In this document: piece after piece, positions 59,680-64,000 of the stretch | How positions within the stretch are numbered: position 1 is the first letter of the stretch | Layout: each line of letters opens with the position of its first letter | Source: Promethearchaeota archaeon | Lineage (GTDB): Archaea; Asgardarchaeota; Lokiarchaeia; Sigyniarchaeales; SOKP01 | Reading direction: 5' to 3' | Assembly (NCBI GenBank): GCA_048941285.1 | Contig: JBHLNS010000003.1 | Location: 64,001 to 128,000, forward strand | DNA length: 64,000 nt | Notes under the pieces: model-generated | The model's database searches: none | The model's input: only the letters and a program-made list of their open reading frames with translations | Told to the model about the DNA's origin: nothing | Made by a program: the position numbers and the translations under genes

Positions 59680-62469
59680 ATGGTTGAATATGACCCACAA
59701 AAAATAGAAACGAAATGGCAACAAAAATGGGAAAAGGACAGAATTTTTGAAGTTGATATAGATAGAAAGAAGAAAAAATACTATGTTTTGGAAATGTATC
59801 CCTACCCTTCTGGCAAACTCCATATTGGGCACCTCAGGAATTATACAATTGGAGATTGTTATGCTAGATATAAAAGAATGAGTGGTTTCAATGTACTCTA
59901 CCCTATGGGTTATGATTCGTTTGGAATGCCTGCAGAAAATGCAGCAATAGATCACGGGGCTAATCCAGAAGAATGGACTAATAAAAATATAAAAACAATG
60001 AAGAATCAACAAAAAAGGATTGGTCTCTCATATGATTGGACAAGAGAGATATATAGTCATGATCCTAACTTTTATAAATGGGATCAATGGTTTTTCTTGC
60101 AGATGTTAGATAGGGGATTAGCATATAAACAAGAAGGTTATGTTAACTGGTGCCCTAAATGTATTACGGTTCTAGCAAATGAACAAGCTCAAGGAGGAAG
60201 ATGTTGGAGATGCAACTCTAGAGTTGATCAAAAGTTTTTATCACAATGGTTCCTTAAAATAAGAGATTACGCTGAAGAGCTAATCGAAGGTTTAAATCTA
60301 GTTGATTGGCCCGATAAAGTAAAAGCTATGCAGCGCAATTGGATAGGAAGATCAGAAGGAACAATTATAAAATTTCCAATTAAAGGAGAAAGTAGAACTA
60401 TCGACATATTCACAACTAGACCAGATACACTTTATGGGGTCACGTTTATGGTTTTCGCTCCAGAACATCCTTGGGTCCGTGAATGGGTGAATGATACTGA
60501 ATATGAGAGTGATTTCAATAAATTGTATGAGGAAGTAATGCATCAAGATAAGTTTGAAAGAACTGATATTCAGATTGATAAAAAAGGCATGTATATTGGT
60601 AAAAAAGCTATTAATCCAGTTAATAATGAAGAAATTCCGATATTTATTGGTAATTTTGTTATTTATGAATACGGGGCTGGTGCTGTTATGGCAGTACCTG
60701 CGCACGACCAGAGAGATTTTGAATTTGCTAAAGAATTTGATATTCCGATTAAAATAGTAATTCACCCTCATGATTATGAATTAAATGAAGCTAAAATGAC
60801 TCGCGCTTATGAGGGAGCCGGAGTTCTCGTCAACTCAGAAGAATTTGATGGCCTAGATAATCAAACTGCTACTTATGAAATAACTGAAAAATTAGATAAA
60901 CTAGGTATGGGACATCTTACTATAAATTATAAGTTAAGGGATTGGGGAATTTCACGTCAACGTTATTGGGGCTGCCCAATTCCAATTATTTATTGCACTA
61001 AATGTGGTATGATCCCAGTACCATATGAAGATTTACCTGTTTATTTACCAAAAGATGTTGAATTTACTGGAACGGGTAATCCTTTGAAAACAAGCAAAAA
61101 TTTTGTTAATATCCAATGCCCGAAATGTGGGAATAGTGCAAAGCGAGAGACAGATACTATGGATACTTTTATTGATAGTTCTTGGTATTTCTTAGCTTAT
61201 TGCGATCCTCCATCGGTTAAATCAAAAATACCTTATAGCAAAAATCTAGTAAATTATTGGGGAAATGTTGATCAATATATTGGAGGTATAGAACATGCGG
61301 TCATGCATTTAATATATGCCAGATTTTTCACAAAAGTAGGCCGAGATTTAGATCTTCATAAATTTGATGAGCCATTTCAATCTTTATTAACCCAAGGAAT
61401 GATTAACAAGGCTCATCCATTCTGTAATAACTGTAATTCCTTCCTTATGAAGGCAGATTTAAATACAATGAGGTGCAGAAAATGTGGAAATGTAAATCTT
61501 ATTCAAAAATCAGTAAAGATGAGTAAAAGTTATGGAAATACTGTAAATCCCGGAGATATAATTAAAAAGTATGGAGCAGATGCAGCCCGATTTTTCATTT
61601 TATTCGGCGCCAGCCCAGATTCAGGATTAGAATGGTCCGATGAAGGTGTGGATTATGCATATCGATTTATAAAAAGTACATTTAAGTTATTAACTGACCC
61701 ATTAACAAATATTAGAAATTCAACTAATATCCGAGATACATTAATTAGATATTATCTAAATAAAACTGTTAAAAAAGTTACTGAGAATATAGATAAATTA
61801 GAAATAAGAAATGCGGTGAATAACATTATTCAATTCACATCTGAATTAATTAAGTATAAAAGCGAGGGTGTTAAAAAGGAATTTTTTGAAGAGTGTAGGG
61901 AAAAATTTATATTATTACTCCATCCAATTGCACCTCATATAACAGAAGAAATATGGGAAATAATTGGTAGAAAGGATTATGTAAGCTTAGTATCATGGCC
62001 ACATTATGATAAAAAACTCCTTACAAAAGAATCGGATCATAAATGGAACCTTATGAATAATATCATTGATGATATAAACAAAATTAAAATAGCAATGAAA
62101 ATAGATTCCCTAAATAAAATCTCTATAATAATCGCAGATCAATGGAAATTAAAATTTTATAATAGACTTATGGCTATATTAGATGAAACTAAGAATCAGG
62201 GAGAAATAATGAAAATTTTGATGCAAGAGAGTGAATTAAAAAAATATGGCAAATTGGTCAATCAAAATATTATTAAAATACTAAAAAATGTAGGAAAATA
62301 TCCAAAATTTACATTATCTACAGATGATGAATATTACTTCTTTAATGAAATAAAACCTATAATAGAGGATAGATTTCACTCTGAAGTAGAAATCAAATTT
62401 GAGAAAGACTCAACTGCACAAAAAGCAGCCCAAGCCCTCCCTAGTAAACCAGCAATTATTATTTTTTAA
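59680..62469 (+). CDS. leuS: leucyl-tRNA synthetase, bacterial-type body with archaeal-like C-terminus
   Basis: MYPYPSGKLHIGH, PAENAA, QRNWIGRSEG, TTRPDT, ISRQRYWG, GGIEHAVMHLIYARF, KMSKS; C-terminal KAAQALPSKPAI. Confidence 0.93.
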   Translation: MVEYDPQKIETKWQQKWEKDRIFEVDIDRKKKKYYVLEMYPYPSGKLHIGHLRNYTIGDCYARYKRMSGFNVLYPMGYDSFGMPAENAAIDHGANPEEWTNKNIKTMKNQQKRIGLSYDWTREIYSHDPNFYKWDQWFFLQMLDRGLAYKQEGYVNWCPKCITVLANEQAQGGRCWRCNSRVDQKFLSQWFLKIRDYAEELIEGLNLVDWPDKVKAMQRNWIGRSEGTIIKFPIKGESRTIDIFTTRPDTLYGVTFMVFAPEHPWVREWVNDTEYESDFNKLYEEVMHQDKFERTDIQIDKKGMYIGKKAINPVNNEEIPIFIGNFVIYEYGAGAVMAVPAHDQRDFEFAKEFDIPIKIVIHPHDYELNEAKMTRAYEGAGVLVNSEEFDGLDNQTATYEITEKLDKLGMGHLTINYKLRDWGISRQRYWGCPIPIIYCTKCGMIPVPYEDLPVYLPKDVEFTGTGNPLKTSKNFVNIQCPKCGNSAKRETDTMDTFIDSSWYFLAYCDPPSVKSKIPYSKNLVNYWGNVDQYIGGIEHAVMHLIYARFFTKVGRDLDLHKFDEPFQSLLTQGMINKAHPFCNNCNSFLMKADLNTMRCRKCGNVNLIQKSVKMSKSYGNTVNPGDIIKKYGADAARFFILFGASPDSGLEWSDEGVDYAYRFIKSTFKLLTDPLTNIRNSTNIRDTLIRYYLNKTVKKVTENIDKLEIRNAVNNIIQFTSELIKYKSEGVKKEFFEECREKFILLLHPIAPHITEEIWEIIGRKDYVSLVSWPHYDKKLLTKESDHKWNLMNNIIDDINKIKIAMKIDSLNKISIIIADQWKLKFYNRLMAILDETKNQGEIMKILMQESELKKYGKLVNQNIIKILKNVGKYPKFTLSTDDEYYFFNEIKPIIEDRFHSEVEIKFEKDSTAQKAAQALPSKPAIIIF

Positions 62470-62631
62470 AAAACCCTATTGATGTGGCCAAACCAATTAT
62501 CTAACCGATTATTTTATATAACTATTTTATTAACTCAAAATTAAATAAATTATTATAAATTTATTTATATTAAAATTAGGTAAAAAAGCAGTAAATTAAT
62601 TAAAATTACAATAATTTTGTTCTGGAAATAA

Positions 62632-63501
62632 ATGACTATATATGAATTTAGTATTATCTCTACTACTGGTTTTCCTTATTTTAATTCAATAATTAATCCT
62701 GTACCAGAGGGAATAAAACTTTTTCTAAGATTTTTTGATTTTTCAGAGGATAAATCTGTAAATCAAAATCAGTTAGACCTTACTTCAAAATTCGATCTAA
62801 CCGCTGGTTTAATATCTGCTCTATTTGAATTTGCTAAAAACATAGATAAAAAAATAGAAGTCCTTGAATTTAAGCCTAAAAAAGATAAAGAACAAGATAA
62901 AAGGCATCAAAAAAATTTAGAATATCATGGTGATGTCTTAATTACAACACAAACTGAAACCTTCTTATTGCATAAGGCGGTCAGAGAAAAAATTAAACTA
63001 ATTTACAGAAATTATGTATATTCTAAAATTCCTCTTGACTCTGCTGATTCTATTTATCAAAATGAAGAAAAAAAAATTAGAGAGATCTTAACAGATGAAA
63101 AGGCTAGGAAAAAGATATCAGAACATCGAAACGATATAAAACAAATAGCAAATGACTTTTTATTTGAGATGAAAGATTATGGTTTATGGGGGATATGCAT
63201 AGCATCATTCGATCTTTCCCCAATTGTATCTTATGGGAAGAAATATTCATTGCAAAGTATATATGATATTTTAAGACATATTGGATATATACCTGAAATT
63301 GCTCCATTGGATTGGATTTATAGACAATCTTTTTTTTCTGATGAATCAATTCAAGTTTGTATCATTAAATCAGATTCTGGTATTACAGTTGAGAATATCC
63401 TTTTTGAACCTTACTTTTATTTACTTTTTTCAGATCCTCAGAGCTATTTTGGAGAGTTTCCAGGAAAAGTTGCCTCTGCTTTCAACAAAGTTCTTGAATA
63501 G
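62632..63501 (+). CDS. hypothetical protein, longin/roadblock-like
   Basis: YEFSIISTTGFPYF...LTAGLISALFEFA pattern resembles longin-type N-termini; second alpha/beta half. Confidence 0.5.
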   Translation: MTIYEFSIISTTGFPYFNSIINPVPEGIKLFLRFFDFSEDKSVNQNQLDLTSKFDLTAGLISALFEFAKNIDKKIEVLEFKPKKDKEQDKRHQKNLEYHGDVLITTQTETFLLHKAVREKIKLIYRNYVYSKIPLDSADSIYQNEEKKIREILTDEKARKKISEHRNDIKQIANDFLFEMKDYGLWGICIASFDLSPIVSYGKKYSLQSIYDILRHIGYIPEIAPLDWIYRQSFFSDESIQVCIIKSDSGITVENILFEPYFYLLFSDPQSYFGEFPGKVASAFNKVLE

Positions 63502-63591
63502 ATTATTCTCAGAAAAAATTGGAAAAAAAATTATTTTTGGTTTAGAAAAATTTCCTAATAATTATTAAATATAGGATCATCCTTAACTAAA

Positions 63592-64000
63592 TTATTTATT
63601 TGCAGCTTTTATTATTTGAAATAAAGAATCTGATTGAAGAGAAGCACCTCCAACTAACCCGCCATCAATATTTTTTTTGCTGAACAAATCTTCAGCATTA
63701 TCTGGTTTAATGGATCCACCATATTGTATCCTTATAGCCTTAGCAGTCTCCTTATCAAATTTTCTAGTTAAAATTTCCCTTATAAAAACATGAATTTCTT
63801 CTGCTTGATCTGGAGTAGCAGTTTTTCCTGTTCCAATTGCCCAGATTGGTTCATATGCTATTATTGTTTTTAAAATCTCTGCTTTCGTGAGATTTTTAAA
63901 CGTTTCATTCATTTGATATTCAATGATGTACTTTGTTTTTCCAGATTCTCTTTCATTTAGATGCTCACCGATGCAAACAATAGGTTTTAATCCCATGGAT
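63592..64000 (-). CDS. tpiA: triosephosphate isomerase, bacterial/eukaryotic type (5' part outside window)
   Basis: CIGE, IAYEPIWAIGTG, QYGGSIK, DGGLVGGASL. Confidence 0.92.
   Translation of the reverse strand, partial: SMGLKPIVCIGEHLNERESGKTKYIIEYQMNETFKNLTKAEILKTIIAYEPIWAIGTGKTATPDQAEEIHVFIREILTRKFDKETAKAIRIQYGGSIKPDNAEDLFSKKNIDGGLVGGASLQSDSLFQIIKAANK

Noticed and set aside
2232-63568. Numerous 60-141 aa alternative-frame or antisense ORFs in the track (e.g. 21112-21459, 25577-25939, 57160-57534, 59587-60012, 60352-60771)
   Set aside because: They lie wholly or largely within well-supported genes and show no motifs; consistent with shadow ORFs
1-64000. CRISPR arrays, rRNA genes, transposases
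   Set aside because: No regularly spaced repeats, long GC-rich structural RNA or transposase motifs seen; intergenic gaps are all under about 300 bp

Overview
Very AT-rich, densely coding archaeal chromosomal DNA. The gene content points to an Asgard archaeon, most likely Lokiarchaeia (inference): Rag-like and Rab-like small GTPases, longin/uDENN-like proteins, an HDAC-family enzyme, archaeal Top6AB, MCM, GINS, ValRS and an intron-containing tRNA. It carries (i) a chromosome-dynamics block: a degenerate Cdc6/Orc1 plus smc-scpA-scpB, and later top6B-top6A, GINS, a membrane-anchored HEAT protein and MCM; (ii) valS, tRNA-Ala(CGC) with a non-canonically placed intron, a glycyl radical enzyme, an orphan DpnA-like methyltransferase, a MoxR-vWA-SWIM trio and EndoQ; (iii) a 7-gene surface/membrane operon (pseudo-transglutaminase/Ig-like giant, DUF4129-like domains, DUF4350-like, MoxR, DUF58, membrane protein); (iv) an F420/lipoate cofactor operon; (v) bacterial-type LeuRS and TIM. 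Most striking is an unusual condensin-like system. The 1483-aa SMC shows no canonical hinge or zinc hook. Instead it has a duplicated all-helical element at its midpoint and arms built from ~90-98-aa repeats. Its kleisin appears to carry a hidden N-terminal SAP/HeH-like domain behind a probable ATT start, and a similar module sits on a greatly enlarged Top6B. No mobile element, CRISPR array or rRNA was recognised. All calls come from motif reading, with no database searches.
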